A stretch of DNA of 36,732 nt from Promethearchaeota archaeon (GTDB lineage: Archaea; Asgardarchaeota; Lokiarchaeia; Sigyniarchaeales; SOKP01): contig SDNY01000028.1 of NCBI GenBank assembly GCA_004524535.1, positions 1-36,732 on the forward strand. The letters run 5' to 3'. The notes below the pieces were generated by a model that was not told where the DNA came from, made no database searches, and saw only the letters and a program-made list of their open reading frames with translations. The position numbers and the translations under genes are program-made. This document shows positions 1 through 10,694 of the stretch, piece by piece; positions within the stretch are counted from its first letter, which is position 1, and each line of letters opens with the position of its first letter.

Positions 1-269
1 ATTATGATAGTGTCCTCCAAAATCAATAATTAAAATAATATCTATGGTTAAATAATTAAGTTAATTTTTAATCAAACAAATTAGGATCTATAATTACCTT
101 TAACTTAATAATCGCAAGTTTAAAATTTATACAAACTTTTAAGATTTTAAAGGAGCTTTAAATTGATTTTCAAATTGAAACCGAAAATTGTTTATTGGGG
201 TTTAACGAATATAATATTGATTCCAATTAAATTTGAGCGAATTCATAGAAATTTTATAGGTGATATGAT

Positions 270-1154
270 CTGCCATATAAGATATTAAAAAAAATTGAAT
301 TAGTAAAGGACCTGCTTTATGAAATGGATTTGGAAACCCCTCAAATAGCAAAGAAAGCCCATGCAGGTAATTTCATCATAATTCGAATTAATGAGACAGG
401 AGAGAGAATTCCTCTTACAATAGCTGATTATGATAGGATACTAGGTACGATTACAATCGTTTTTCAAGTTGTTGGAAAAACAACTACATTATTATCTTAT
501 CTTAATGAAGGAGACGATATTTTAGACGTGGCTGGCCCTTTAGGAAATGCAATTCATATTAAAAAATATGAGAATCCTGTTGTAGTCATCGGAGGAGGTG
601 TTGGTATTGCTCCAGCTTATCCACAAGCCAAAGAATTGAAAGACGCCGGGAACAAAATACTTACAATCATCGGAGCTAGAACAAAGAATTTACTTTTTTG
701 GAAAGACAAAATGGCTTCTGTAAGCGATGAATTAATTATTTGTACTGACGATGGCTCAGAAGGAATTAAAGGAGTTGTAACAGAACCTTTAAAAAAAATA
801 ATAACAGAGAAAAAAGTAAGTTTAGTTATTGCGATTGGCCCATTAATTATGATGAAATATGTGGTCTTGACTACAAATGGAAGCTCAGGACTTCCAAAAA
901 TCGATACTATGGTGTCATTAAATCCTATTATGGTTGATGGTACTGGAATGTGTGGTGGATGTAGATACTTGACAAATACCGGTGAAGTTTATTTTGCATG
1001 TGTAGACGGTCCAGATGTGGATGGGCATACAGTAGATTTTGATAATCTCATTAAACGTTCAATGAGGTATAAAGAACAAGAAATGAAATCGATTGAACAT
1101 TATGATCATGAATGTAAGGCAATAAAAAAATTAAATAAAGATAAGAATGAGTAG
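270..1154 (+). CDS. nfnA: NADH-dependent reduced ferredoxin:NADP+ oxidoreductase small subunit (NfnA / SudB family)
   Basis: Motifs ERIPLTIAD, GPLG, GGGVGIAP and the [2Fe-2S] motif DGTGMCGGCR...CVDGP. The ORF track starts at ATG 324, but the frame is open back to CTG at 270, giving (M)PYKILKKIELV as expected for the family N-terminus, with GGTGA at 259-263. Confidence 0.9.
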   Translation: MPYKILKKIELVKDLLYEMDLETPQIAKKAHAGNFIIIRINETGERIPLTIADYDRILGTITIVFQVVGKTTTLLSYLNEGDDILDVAGPLGNAIHIKKYENPVVVIGGGVGIAPAYPQAKELKDAGNKILTIIGARTKNLLFWKDKMASVSDELIICTDDGSEGIKGVVTEPLKKIITEKKVSLVIAIGPLIMMKYVVLTTNGSSGLPKIDTMVSLNPIMVDGTGMCGGCRYLTNTGEVYFACVDGPDVDGHTVDFDNLIKRSMRYKEQEMKSIEHYDHECKAIKKLNKDKNE

Positions 1155-1169
1155 AGATATTTTTATTCG

Positions 1170-2567
1170 ATGAGTAATAATAAAAGAATTTCTCGGCAAA
1201 AAATGGAGGAACAAAAGCCTAATGATAGGATTCATAATTTTAAGGAAGTACCTCTCGGTTTTACAGAAGAAAAAGCAATTATAGAAGCGAATAGATGTTT
1301 ACAGTGTGCGAAACCTTTATGTGTTGAAGGTTGTCCTGTTAACATAAATATCCCTGAATTTATTAAGCATATTAAAGAAAAAAATTTTAGAGAGGCAATC
1401 GAGTCTATAAAAAACTTCAATATTTTACCCGCAATTTGTGGAAGAGTTTGTCCTCAGGAAGTTCAATGTGAAGAAAAGTGTGTATTGGGGAAAAGATGGG
1501 AACCCGTTGCAATTGGCGCTTTAGAACGATTTGTGGCAGATTGGGAGAGAAATAATATGTTGAAATCCTGCCCCGAATGTATGCCTCCCAATGGTATTAA
1601 AGTCGCAATTATTGGATGTGGGCCAGCAAGCATAACCTGTGCGGCAGATCTTGCGAAATATGGATACGATGTGACTATTTTTGAAGCGTTTCATACAGGA
1701 GGAGGTGTATTAGTCTATGGTATCCCGGAATTTCGTTTACCCAAAGCCATCGTAGCAGATGAGATTGATACACTTACGGAAATGGGAGTTAAAATTTATT
1801 ATAATGCAATCATAGGAAAACTTTATTCTATTCAAGATCTAAGAGAGATGGGATTTAAAGCTTTTTTCATTGGTGTGGGGGCAGGACTTCCGATGATGTT
1901 AAGGATCCCCGGATTAAAGCTGATTGGTGTTCTCACTGCAAATGAATTTCTTACACGAGCTAATTTAATGAAAGCATATTCATTTCCAGATTATGATACA
2001 CCGATCAACATTGGTAAAGTTGTAATTGTAATTGGTGGAGGTAATGTTGCATTGGATTCTGCCAGAACAGCGTTAAGGTTAGGTGCTGAAAAAGTTATCA
2101 TCGTTTATAGAAGATCTGAACAAGAAATGCCAGCAAGGAGAGAAGAATATCATCACGCTAAAGAAGAAGGCATTGAATTCCAATTTTTAACGAATCCAAT
2201 TCGATTTATTGGAGATGAAAATGATAATGTATTTCAAATGGAATGTATCCGAATGAAACTCGGTGAACCAGATGAATCTGGAAGGCGTCGACCAATTCCC
2301 ATCGAAAATTCTGAATTTATAATAGATACAAATACAATAATCGTAGCAGTAGGAACGAATGCAAATCCTGTTCTCACTAAATCCACACCCGAACTTAAAT
2401 TAAATAAATGGGGCTACATAGAAACAGACGAAGATGGCAGGACTAATATTGAAGATATTTTTGCTGGAGGAGATATTGTTACTGGTTCTGCGACCGTTAT
2501 ATCTGCAATGGGAGCGGGAAGAAAAGCCGCTATTACGATAAATAAGTATCTATTAAAGAATAAATAA
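1170..2567 (+). CDS. nfnB: NfnB / SudA family large subunit (often annotated homotetrameric glutamate synthase GltA/GltD-like)
   Basis: EANRCLQC...CVEGCP and CGRVCPQE.QCE Fe-S motifs, GCGPA, YGIPEFRLP, GGGNVALD, FAGGDIVTG; lies 15 nt after nfnA. Confidence 0.9.
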   Translation: MSNNKRISRQKMEEQKPNDRIHNFKEVPLGFTEEKAIIEANRCLQCAKPLCVEGCPVNINIPEFIKHIKEKNFREAIESIKNFNILPAICGRVCPQEVQCEEKCVLGKRWEPVAIGALERFVADWERNNMLKSCPECMPPNGIKVAIIGCGPASITCAADLAKYGYDVTIFEAFHTGGGVLVYGIPEFRLPKAIVADEIDTLTEMGVKIYYNAIIGKLYSIQDLREMGFKAFFIGVGAGLPMMLRIPGLKLIGVLTANEFLTRANLMKAYSFPDYDTPINIGKVVIVIGGGNVALDSARTALRLGAEKVIIVYRRSEQEMPARREEYHHAKEEGIEFQFLTNPIRFIGDENDNVFQMECIRMKLGEPDESGRRRPIPIENSEFIIDTNTIIVAVGTNANPVLTKSTPELKLNKWGYIETDEDGRTNIEDIFAGGDIVTGSATVISAMGAGRKAAITINKYLLKNK

Positions 2568-2777
2568 ACATCCATCTAAATTCTCATATTCTATTTTCTA
2601 AAAATTATTTGATTGTTTAAATAAAACAAGAAATTTTGAAAGACGTTCATATTTCCTCTAATTATATATGAGTTATATCAGATATATCTGTTTAATATGA
2701 ACAAATATATATTAATTATACAAATTAAAATATATAATAATCTCAATAAAGAATTACAACAAAGACAAAATGTGAAA

Positions 2778-4118
2778 ATGTCAGAATATGTAAGAAGAGT
2801 CTATGAAAATATAGTTGATAAAAATCCCTGTCAAGCGGAATTTCATCAAGCAGTAAAAGAAGTTCTTGAATCTTTAACGCCTGCTCTTGAGGCACATCCA
2901 ATATTTGAAAAAAACAAAGTTTTAGAAAGACTTGTTGAGCCCGAACGTCAAATTATTTTTCGAGTACCTTGGGTTAATGACAATAACGAGATTCAAATTA
3001 ATAGAGGTTTTCGAGTTCAATTCAATTCAGCAATAGGTCCTTATAAAGGTGGACTAAGATTTCATCCCTCAGTTTATTTAGGGATCATTAAATTTCTGGG
3101 ATTTGAACAGATTTTTAAAAATTCCCTTACAGGATTGCCAATGGGAGGCGGTAAAGGGGGTTCAGATTTCGATCCTAAGGGTAAATCTGATATGGAAGTT
3201 ATGAAATTTTGTCAATCTTTTATGACAGAGCTTTTTAGACATGTCGGACCAGATAGCGATGTTCCAGCGGGAGATATAGGTGTAGGTGCAAGAGAAATCG
3301 GATATTTATATGGTCAATATAAAAAAATTGTCAATGTCTCTGATGGGGTTCTTACAGGTAAAGGTTTAGAATATGGAGGATCTCTTATAAGACCAGAAGC
3401 AACTGGGTACGGTGCGGTCTATTTTGCTCAAGAAATGCTAAAAGTTAGAAGAGAGGAAATAAAAGGAAAAATATGTACAATTTCTGGTTCTGGAAATGTA
3501 GCACAGTATACATTAGAGAAATTAAATCAACTGGGCGCAAAAGTAATTTCGTTATCTGATTCCAATGGTTCAATTTATGATCCAGATGGTATTGGTAATA
3601 GTAAATTTGATTATGTCTTGCAGCTGAAGAATATAAGAAGGGGAAGAATTAAGGAGTATGCGGAAGAATTTAATGTCGAATATCGTCCAGATAAAACACC
3701 TTGGGATATAGAATGTGATCTTGCATTTCCAAGCGCTACACAGAATGAAATTGAGAAAAATGATGCGCAAAATTTAGTAGATAATGATGTAATTGCGGTT
3801 ACTGAAGGTGCTAATATGCCCACGACAATCGAAGCAACAGAAATATTTTTGGATTCTGGAGTTGCTTTTGGTCCAGGTAAAGCTGCTAATGCTGGAGGAG
3901 TAGCTACTTCGGGATTGGAAATGTCGCAAAATGCACTTAAATTATCATGGTCTCGTGAAGAAGTAGATCAGAGATTGCATGATATCATGATTAATATTCA
4001 TAATGCTGCCTATCAAGCGTCAAAGAAATATGCTAATGCTGGAAACTATGTTGTTGGAGCAAACATAGCAGGATTTATGAAAGTTGCGAATGCGATGATT
4101 GCTTTAGGTCATTGGTAA
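2778..4118 (+). CDS. gdhA: NADP-specific glutamate dehydrogenase (E. coli GdhA-like family)
   Basis: EFHQAV, GPYKGGLRFHP, GGGKGGSDFDPK, DVPAGDIGVG, RPEATGYG, GSGNVA, KAANAGGVA. The real start is probably ATG 2778 (MSEYV), not 2697. Confidence 0.93.
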   Translation: MSEYVRRVYENIVDKNPCQAEFHQAVKEVLESLTPALEAHPIFEKNKVLERLVEPERQIIFRVPWVNDNNEIQINRGFRVQFNSAIGPYKGGLRFHPSVYLGIIKFLGFEQIFKNSLTGLPMGGGKGGSDFDPKGKSDMEVMKFCQSFMTELFRHVGPDSDVPAGDIGVGAREIGYLYGQYKKIVNVSDGVLTGKGLEYGGSLIRPEATGYGAVYFAQEMLKVRREEIKGKICTISGSGNVAQYTLEKLNQLGAKVISLSDSNGSIYDPDGIGNSKFDYVLQLKNIRRGRIKEYAEEFNVEYRPDKTPWDIECDLAFPSATQNEIEKNDAQNLVDNDVIAVTEGANMPTTIEATEIFLDSGVAFGPGKAANAGGVATSGLEMSQNALKLSWSREEVDQRLHDIMINIHNAAYQASKKYANAGNYVVGANIAGFMKVANAMIALGHW

Positions 4119-4247
4119 ATAATCTTTAAGAATAGCCTATTTATTTTTTTATTTCTTTTATTAATCTACTCTTTTTTTAACTAACTTTAATTTATTCTAT
4201 TATACTAAACAAATATTTTTAAAAATTTTCGATTTTGGTAACTAATT

Positions 4248-5507
4248 ATGGAAATAAATCCTTATGAAATAGCGAAGAAACAACTTGATATTGTTGCAAA
4301 AGAAATTCACTTGGAGCCCAATATCCATGAAAGATTAAAATATTGTCAGCGAATTCTAACAGTTTCGATTCCAATTATAATGGATGATGGTTCACTTAGG
4401 ATTTTTGAGGGCCATCGAGTCCATCACTCAACTATTAGAGGTCCAGGGAAGGGAGGTTTAAGATATAGTCCTGATGTTAACATTAATGAGATTAAAGCTT
4501 TAGCTATGTGGATGACATGGAAGACGAGTTTATTAAAGTTACCTTTAGGGGGAGCAAAAGGTGGTATAAAAGTTGAGACTAAAAACCTATCGAGAGGAGA
4601 ACTTGAAAGACTTACAAGGAGATTTACCGTTGAGATTTTAAATTTTATAGGGCCTGATAGAGATGTTCCTGCTCCAGATATGAATACAGATTCTCAGACT
4701 ATGGCGTGGATTATGGATGTATATTCCATGCATAGAGGGGTAACCACACCAGGAGTAGTAACTGGGAAGCCTGTAGAAATTGGAGGCTCACTTGGAAGAA
4801 CAAGAGCTACTGGGACGGGTTTGTTTTATATTGCAGAAGCAATTTGTAAGAAATCTAACATAAATCTATCTGATTTGACAATAGTTATTCAAGGTTTTGG
4901 AAAAGTAGGTAGTGTTATAGCTGAGGAATTATATAATATTGGCTGTAAAATCATTGCTATTGCTGATACCTCAATTTGTATACATTCTACTAATGGAATA
5001 AATGTTAAAGAATTAATAGAATGGAAAAATGAAACAAATGATTATAGAGAATTAAAAAAATATCAAAAAGATAATCTTGAGAAAATACCAAATACTGAAA
5101 TTTTCAAAATAAAATGTGATATTTTGATTCCCGCTGCAACAGAAAATCAAATCACTAAAGAAAATGCGGATAATATTAATTGTAAAATTATATTAGAAGG
5201 AGCAAATGGTCCAACGACTCCTGATGCAGATGAGATCTTAAATAAAAAAGGAATTATAGTCGTTCCTGACATACTCGCCAATAGTGGTGGTGTTTTAGTC
5301 TCATATTTTGAATATATTCAAGATATTAACGCCTATTTTTGGGATTTAGAGAGGATTAACAAAGAACTTAAAGGAGTTCTATTAAAGACATTTGAGGAAG
5401 TATATAACCTCTCTCAAGAAAGAAAGGTCACACTAAGAATGGCGGCTTACATTCTTGCAGTTTCAGGCGTTGCTGAAGCAATAAAATTAAGAGGTCATTA
5501 TCCGTAA
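4248..5507 (+). CDS. Glu/Leu/Phe/Val dehydrogenase, glutamate dehydrogenase of the Thermococcus/Bacillus type
   Basis: GPGKGGLRY, GGAKGG, DVPAPDMNT, VTGKP, GFGKVG, EGANGP, PDILANSGGV. Confidence 0.9.
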   Translation: MEINPYEIAKKQLDIVAKEIHLEPNIHERLKYCQRILTVSIPIIMDDGSLRIFEGHRVHHSTIRGPGKGGLRYSPDVNINEIKALAMWMTWKTSLLKLPLGGAKGGIKVETKNLSRGELERLTRRFTVEILNFIGPDRDVPAPDMNTDSQTMAWIMDVYSMHRGVTTPGVVTGKPVEIGGSLGRTRATGTGLFYIAEAICKKSNINLSDLTIVIQGFGKVGSVIAEELYNIGCKIIAIADTSICIHSTNGINVKELIEWKNETNDYRELKKYQKDNLEKIPNTEIFKIKCDILIPAATENQITKENADNINCKIILEGANGPTTPDADEILNKKGIIVVPDILANSGGVLVSYFEYIQDINAYFWDLERINKELKGVLLKTFEEVYNLSQERKVTLRMAAYILAVSGVAEAIKLRGHYP

Positions 5508-5530
5508 AAAAGAATTATTAATTAAAATTA

Positions 5531-6886
5531 CTATAAATTTACTCGTCCCATAGCTCTGAAATTCAAAGCTTTATTAAATTCATCATAGTCATAAATTCTT
5601 CTGCCATCAATTAAATTAGGAGTCTTCATATGCTTTTTAAAAATATCTGGTGTCAAGCCCTTAAATTCATCCCAATCAGTTATCAAAAGTGCGCATTCCG
5701 AATCTTTCAATGCTTCTTCAATTGACTCAGCATATTTAATTTTATCTCCAATGGCTTCTTTTGCAGATTTTTTAGATTTAGGATCATATCCCACTATATC
5801 AGTGACATTTCTTCTTAATAATTCATCTATTACCCTTATGCTCGGAGCTTCCCTCATATCGTCAGTACCCGGTTTAAAGGAAAGACCAAGTAAAGTGATT
5901 TTTTTACCTTCTAATTTACCGATTAACCCTTCTGCAATATCTAAAATACGGATAGCTCTGAGATCATTTATTTCTAAAACTGCTTCTAATAATTTGGAAA
6001 CATAACCTTTCGATCTCGACCACTTCGTAATGGCATTAACATCTTTGTGGAAACAAGCCCCTCCAAAACCTACTCCCGCACCTAAGAATCTATGATTAAG
6101 TCTATAATCTAAACCCACACCTTCCATTACCTGAACAACATCAACATTTGGAACAAGTTCAGCCAAGTTAGCAAATTCATTAGCATATGATATTTTTGTG
6201 GATAACAAGCAATTATTTCCATATTTTACTAGTTCGGCACTTTCTAAATTCATTCTCTTGATTGGGCAATTTTTGAGATGATCTCCATAGAAGTATTCAT
6301 AAAATTCTTGAAGCATCGCTCCACTTTTCTCATCTATTGAACCAATAATTATACGGTCAGGTCTAAGAGTATCTTCAATGGATCGTCCCTCTGCTAAGAA
6401 CTCAGGTTGCATACATAGCCCAAAATCTTTTCCTGGTTCTTTTCCTGAAACTTCTGTTATAGTTTTACCTACTAGATTCCTAGTTGTTCCCGGTACTACA
6501 GTCGATCTCACAACAATTAAACGGTATTTATCACTTTTTTTCAAAGCTTCACCAATCTCTTTAGCAGTACTTTCGATAAAACCTAAATTGATCGATGTAT
6601 CCGGTCGCATCGGTGTTCCCTGTGTAATCATCATTATGTCTGTGTCTAAAACAGCTTGGACAGGATCAGTCAAACATTTAAGAAGTTCTGGTTTTTGTTC
6701 CTTTACTTCAGACAGCATTTCAGCTAAACCTTCTTCATAAAAAGGAGATCTATAATCGTTTATTATAGCAGCTTTCTTTTCATTATGAGTAGAAGCTATA
6801 ACTTTAATATCTTTTAGGGCAAAACATGCTGCGGAACATAGCCCAATAAAACCAGTTCCTAAAATTGAAACGCTATATTTATACAT
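5531..6886 (-). CDS. ugd: UDP-glucose/GDP-mannose 6-dehydrogenase
   Basis: Rossmann GTGFIG, STVVPGT, PEFLAEG, catalytic GFGGACFHKD, GLSFKPGTDDMRE, DGRR. Confidence 0.9.
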   Translation of the reverse strand: MYKYSVSILGTGFIGLCSAACFALKDIKVIASTHNEKKAAIINDYRSPFYEEGLAEMLSEVKEQKPELLKCLTDPVQAVLDTDIMMITQGTPMRPDTSINLGFIESTAKEIGEALKKSDKYRLIVVRSTVVPGTTRNLVGKTITEVSGKEPGKDFGLCMQPEFLAEGRSIEDTLRPDRIIIGSIDEKSGAMLQEFYEYFYGDHLKNCPIKRMNLESAELVKYGNNCLLSTKISYANEFANLAELVPNVDVVQVMEGVGLDYRLNHRFLGAGVGFGGACFHKDVNAITKWSRSKGYVSKLLEAVLEINDLRAIRILDIAEGLIGKLEGKKITLLGLSFKPGTDDMREAPSIRVIDELLRRNVTDIVGYDPKSKKSAKEAIGDKIKYAESIEEALKDSECALLITDWDEFKGLTPDIFKKHMKTPNLIDGRRIYDYDEFNKALNFRAMGRVNL

Positions 6887-7077
6887 ATATTATATCCAAT
6901 TTTTCTTTTTACATATTGAAATGATAAATTCTAATTAAAAATTTTTAAATGGATAATTTTTTATTTTTAACATGGTTTTCAATAAAGTATAATATTTATT
7001 TGACTCATTCTTAATAAAATTACACTTTAAAGAAATAATATTAAAAAGCTGTTTTTAAGAGATATAGTGATGAATGA

Positions 7078-7731
7078 ATGAAATTAAAAAAAAAAAAGGA
7101 AGATATTAGCCAAATTAATATAGAATTTCAAGAAGAAATACGAAAAGGCGCCGAAAAGCTATTCAATTACATGAGCGATTTTATCGAAAATAGGTTAGAT
7201 AAAGTAGATGAAAGATTTCAAGAAATAATAATATGCGAAAAGCGTTGCGATAGGATTAAAGAGAAATATATAGAAGTTTTATTTAAGGATAAAAGAGCGC
7301 TTCCTTTTTTGATTGAAGATAGATATAAAATAATAACTTCTTTAGATAATATTATGGATATGTCTGAGGTCATAGCCAGATATATACAAATTTTACCAGA
7401 TGACTTCGAGATTTATGAGGATATTAGAGATGAGATGAATCAATTAAACAAATTATATTTGGAGACTGTTAATCAACTTCTAAATTGCACATTACTTATG
7501 GAAACCAGTTTTAGCGGAGCTTATGAGATAACTTTTGAAGTTGAAAAATGGAAAAGACAGGCATTTGATTTGAAATTTAAAATTCTTGATATGGTTTTCC
7601 AGAAAAAGAAGGAACCCCTTAAAGTTAATCTTACATGGAAAATAGTTGCATTAGTTTTCGATGTAATCTCTTGGGCTGAAGAGATTTCAGATTTTTTAAG
7701 AGGACTAATAATTAAATATCCAGGTAAATAA
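7078..7731 (+). CDS. DUF47 family PiT-accessory (phosphate transport regulator) protein
   Basis: 217-aa helical protein with EKRCDRIK, LPFLIEDR and LDNIMD; directly upstream of a PiT gene. Confidence 0.8.
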   Translation: MKLKKKKEDISQINIEFQEEIRKGAEKLFNYMSDFIENRLDKVDERFQEIIICEKRCDRIKEKYIEVLFKDKRALPFLIEDRYKIITSLDNIMDMSEVIARYIQILPDDFEIYEDIRDEMNQLNKLYLETVNQLLNCTLLMETSFSGAYEITFEVEKWKRQAFDLKFKILDMVFQKKKEPLKVNLTWKIVALVFDVISWAEEISDFLRGLIIKYPGK

Positions 7732-7745
7732 TTCAGGTGAGTTAA

Positions 7746-8717
7746 TTGGAGTTTACAATCATTATCATCATCTTCCTCATCATATCAGTGATAATTGCTG
7801 TAGGAATTGGTGGGAATGATGAAACTTTTTCTGTGATATACGGTTCCAAGATTCTAACGATGAAACAAGTCCTTTTATTTGCCATAATACTTGCGTTTGC
7901 GGGGGCTTTATTATTAGGCGAAGGAGTTGCAAAAACGGTTGGGAATAGTATTCTTGGGAGTAACATTGAGGTTACTCAAGTAATTGTTATGACTGTCTTG
8001 ATTTCAACAGCCATCTGGTTGATTCTTGCATCTGCTTTTGGGCTTCCGATCTCAACAACTCATGCTACAATCGGAAGTATCATAGGAATTGGAATTTTTC
8101 TATGGGGAATTACCGGATTAAATTGGGGAATGATTCTCTACTTGGCAATGTGGTGGATTTTATCGCCTGTTGTTGGATTTTTCGGGACCTACATAACATA
8201 CAAGATTCTTTATAAATACAAACAAAAGCGCCTAAAAGGTTTTCAAGACTATGAAGGATATGAGAAAAAATTTGCTATCGTAATCTTAATTGCAATTTGT
8301 ATTACCGCTTTTTCAAGAGCGGGAAATGATTGTTCCAATGCGGTCGGAATCGTGGTGGGTGTAGGTGAAATTGATATTGGTTTTCTACTAATTATTACTG
8401 GTTTGAGTTTAGCCACAGGACTTGTTGTTTTAGGGAGGATCGTTATTAAGAATTTAGGAGAAATGACAGAACTTAGACCTTCCACAGCATTTGCGACACA
8501 GCTACCAACAGCAGCGATAATGCTAATTGGAACCATTCAAAAGATACCATTATCAGGATCTCACATGCTCGTAGCATCCTTGGTGGGATTAGCAAAAGCA
8601 AGCAGAACCCCAATGAAAAAAGGTTTATGGAAAATCATACTTGTCTGGTTTTTAACATTTCCCGTATCAGCAATTCTTTCAATTATTATTTATTTTCCCG
8701 TTAGGTCTTTTTTCTAA
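7746..8717 (+). CDS. pit: Inorganic phosphate transporter, PiT family
   Basis: Duplicated PiT signature (GIGGND, AGND), GLPISTTH, PLSGSH; TTG start preceded by AGGTGA. Confidence 0.9.
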   Translation: MEFTIIIIIFLIISVIIAVGIGGNDETFSVIYGSKILTMKQVLLFAIILAFAGALLLGEGVAKTVGNSILGSNIEVTQVIVMTVLISTAIWLILASAFGLPISTTHATIGSIIGIGIFLWGITGLNWGMILYLAMWWILSPVVGFFGTYITYKILYKYKQKRLKGFQDYEGYEKKFAIVILIAICITAFSRAGNDCSNAVGIVVGVGEIDIGFLLIITGLSLATGLVVLGRIVIKNLGEMTELRPSTAFATQLPTAAIMLIGTIQKIPLSGSHMLVASLVGLAKASRTPMKKGLWKIILVWFLTFPVSAILSIIIYFPVRSFF

Positions 8718-8828
8718 TTTTTTTTTCCAATTTAAGAAAAAATGTGATAAATAAATAATTGGAATTGATTAATTTATATTTCTAAATAAGAATACTGAAA
8801 TTCTGGATAATATTTTCATTGATATATT

Positions 8829-10694
8829 ATGGATAATAGTAAAAAAAACCCCCAGATATCAAAAAAAAACAGGACCTCTATTAACCAAACTGTTGAATTT
8901 TCTCCGGAAATAGATCGTTTTATAAAAGCTCGCCAGCAAGGCACTCGACAGTGGATTTTAGCACATTTATTTCATAAATCTAACAAGTATTTTATTTTTA
9001 TCGTTTTAATGACTACAATCCTTTCTGCAAATTTAAGTTCAGCTTCATTAGTTGTCTTAGGTATGACGATTTCTGAATTAATGGAGGGTAATGATTCAAA
9101 TTTAATATTTTACGTTATTATAATTTTAATATTGGGTGTAAGTGCTCCTATTTTAAGACTGTTTAATTTTCTGGTAAGAGAGACTTTGGCTCAAAGATTA
9201 GAAAGAGATGTTCGTAAGGAATTTTTTACCAATCTTCTAGGAAAAAGCCAATCTTTTCACGATAAGCAAAAAATTGGAGAAGTGATGGCACGTGCTACAG
9301 ATGATGTCCGCATGCTTAATTTCATGGTAAGTCCGGCATTATCGCTCATAATAGAATCTTTTACTTCATTAATTATTCCTTTAATATACATCGCATTGTT
9401 TTTCCCACCCCAATTGCTTTTAGCTCCTTTGATTTTTATAATACTCTTCTTATTTGCGTTAAGATCTTATATTCGTAAAATAACACCAGTAACTGGGATA
9501 TTGCGCTTTTCATTTGGACGAATGAATGCAACTCTAACTGAAACTCTAAATGGGATAGAAGTTGTGAAAAGTAGCACTCAAGAACTTGCTGAGATGAAAA
9601 AATATGTTGATAAAGCAATGAATTATAGGAATGCTTATATTAAGCAAGGTCATATTCAAGCAAAATACCTACCACTCTTATTTTTTGCATTATCTGTTAC
9701 TTTGGGTTTGACTCATGCAATCTATTTATATTATCAAGGTGTTTTAAATATAGGACAAATCATCGCATACGTAGGATTAGTATCCTTATTACGTTTTCCC
9801 ACATTTATTTCTATATTTGTATTTGCTATTATTCGATTGGCAGTTACAGGGGCTCAAAGATTGCTAGATTTTATGAATCAAGAAACTGAAATTGACGAAA
9901 ATCTAGAAGGTATTGAAAAGATAATTGAGGGTAATATCAAATTTGAAAATGTTTCTTTTTCTTACTCAAAACGATCTAAACCAATTTTAAAAAATTTATC
10001 TTTTGAAGTGAAAGCTGGACAGACAATTGCAATTGTAGGCACAACTGGGTCAGGGAAAACCACTTTAACTAAATTAATTTCCCGCTTATATGATGTAGAT
10101 GAGGGTAAAATTCTTGTAGATAATTTAGACATACGCAACTATGCGTTAGAATCTCTAAGAAGCCAAATCTCATATATTGAACAGGATGTATTTTTATTTT
10201 CTACAAGTGTTTTCGAAAATATTACATTTGGAAGAACGAGTTCAATGGATGATGTTGAAATGGTTGCTAAGGAAGCTCAGGCACATGGATTTATCTCTAA
10301 ATTACCAAATGGATATTATTCAGAAGTTGGAGAACGAGGTGTTCAGCTTAGTGGTGGTGAAAGACAGAGAATTGCGATAGCCCGTGCATTTCTTAGTGAT
10401 CCTCGAATTCTAATATTGGATGATTCCACATCTGCAATTGATTCAGCAACAGAGGATAAAATTCAAAAAGCTATTCGAAACATACTAAAAAATAGAACAA
10501 CTATATTAATTACTCACCGTTTAAGTCAAATTAGATGGGCTGATTTAATTATAGTATTAAAACGAGGAGAAATAGTTGCTAAAGGTACTCACGAAGAATT
10601 GCTTAAAACATCAGAAGAATATAGGAAAATTTTCGTTAAAAAATTCGATGTGGATTTAGATTATTTATTAAAAAAATGTGAGGAGGAACTATAA
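8829..10694 (+). CDS. ABC exporter half-transporter (TMD+NBD), degenerate Walker B
   Basis: Multi-TM N-terminus, GTTGSGKT, LSGGERQR, LILDDSTSAID. Confidence 0.9.
   Translation: MDNSKKNPQISKKNRTSINQTVEFSPEIDRFIKARQQGTRQWILAHLFHKSNKYFIFIVLMTTILSANLSSASLVVLGMTISELMEGNDSNLIFYVIIILILGVSAPILRLFNFLVRETLAQRLERDVRKEFFTNLLGKSQSFHDKQKIGEVMARATDDVRMLNFMVSPALSLIIESFTSLIIPLIYIALFFPPQLLLAPLIFIILFLFALRSYIRKITPVTGILRFSFGRMNATLTETLNGIEVVKSSTQELAEMKKYVDKAMNYRNAYIKQGHIQAKYLPLLFFALSVTLGLTHAIYLYYQGVLNIGQIIAYVGLVSLLRFPTFISIFVFAIIRLAVTGAQRLLDFMNQETEIDENLEGIEKIIEGNIKFENVSFSYSKRSKPILKNLSFEVKAGQTIAIVGTTGSGKTTLTKLISRLYDVDEGKILVDNLDIRNYALESLRSQISYIEQDVFLFSTSVFENITFGRTSSMDDVEMVAKEAQAHGFISKLPNGYYSEVGERGVQLSGGERQRIAIARAFLSDPRILILDDSTSAIDSATEDKIQKAIRNILKNRTTILITHRLSQIRWADLIIVLKRGEIVAKGTHEELLKTSEEYRKIFVKKFDVDLDYLLKKCEEEL

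Noticed and set aside
1-24. GGAGG on the minus strand suggesting a divergent gene starting left of the window
   Set aside because: The coding sequence would lie outside the window and cannot be supported.
2697-2777. N-terminal extension of GdhA
   Set aside because: AT-rich, promoter-like sequence; family similarity begins at Met 2778.
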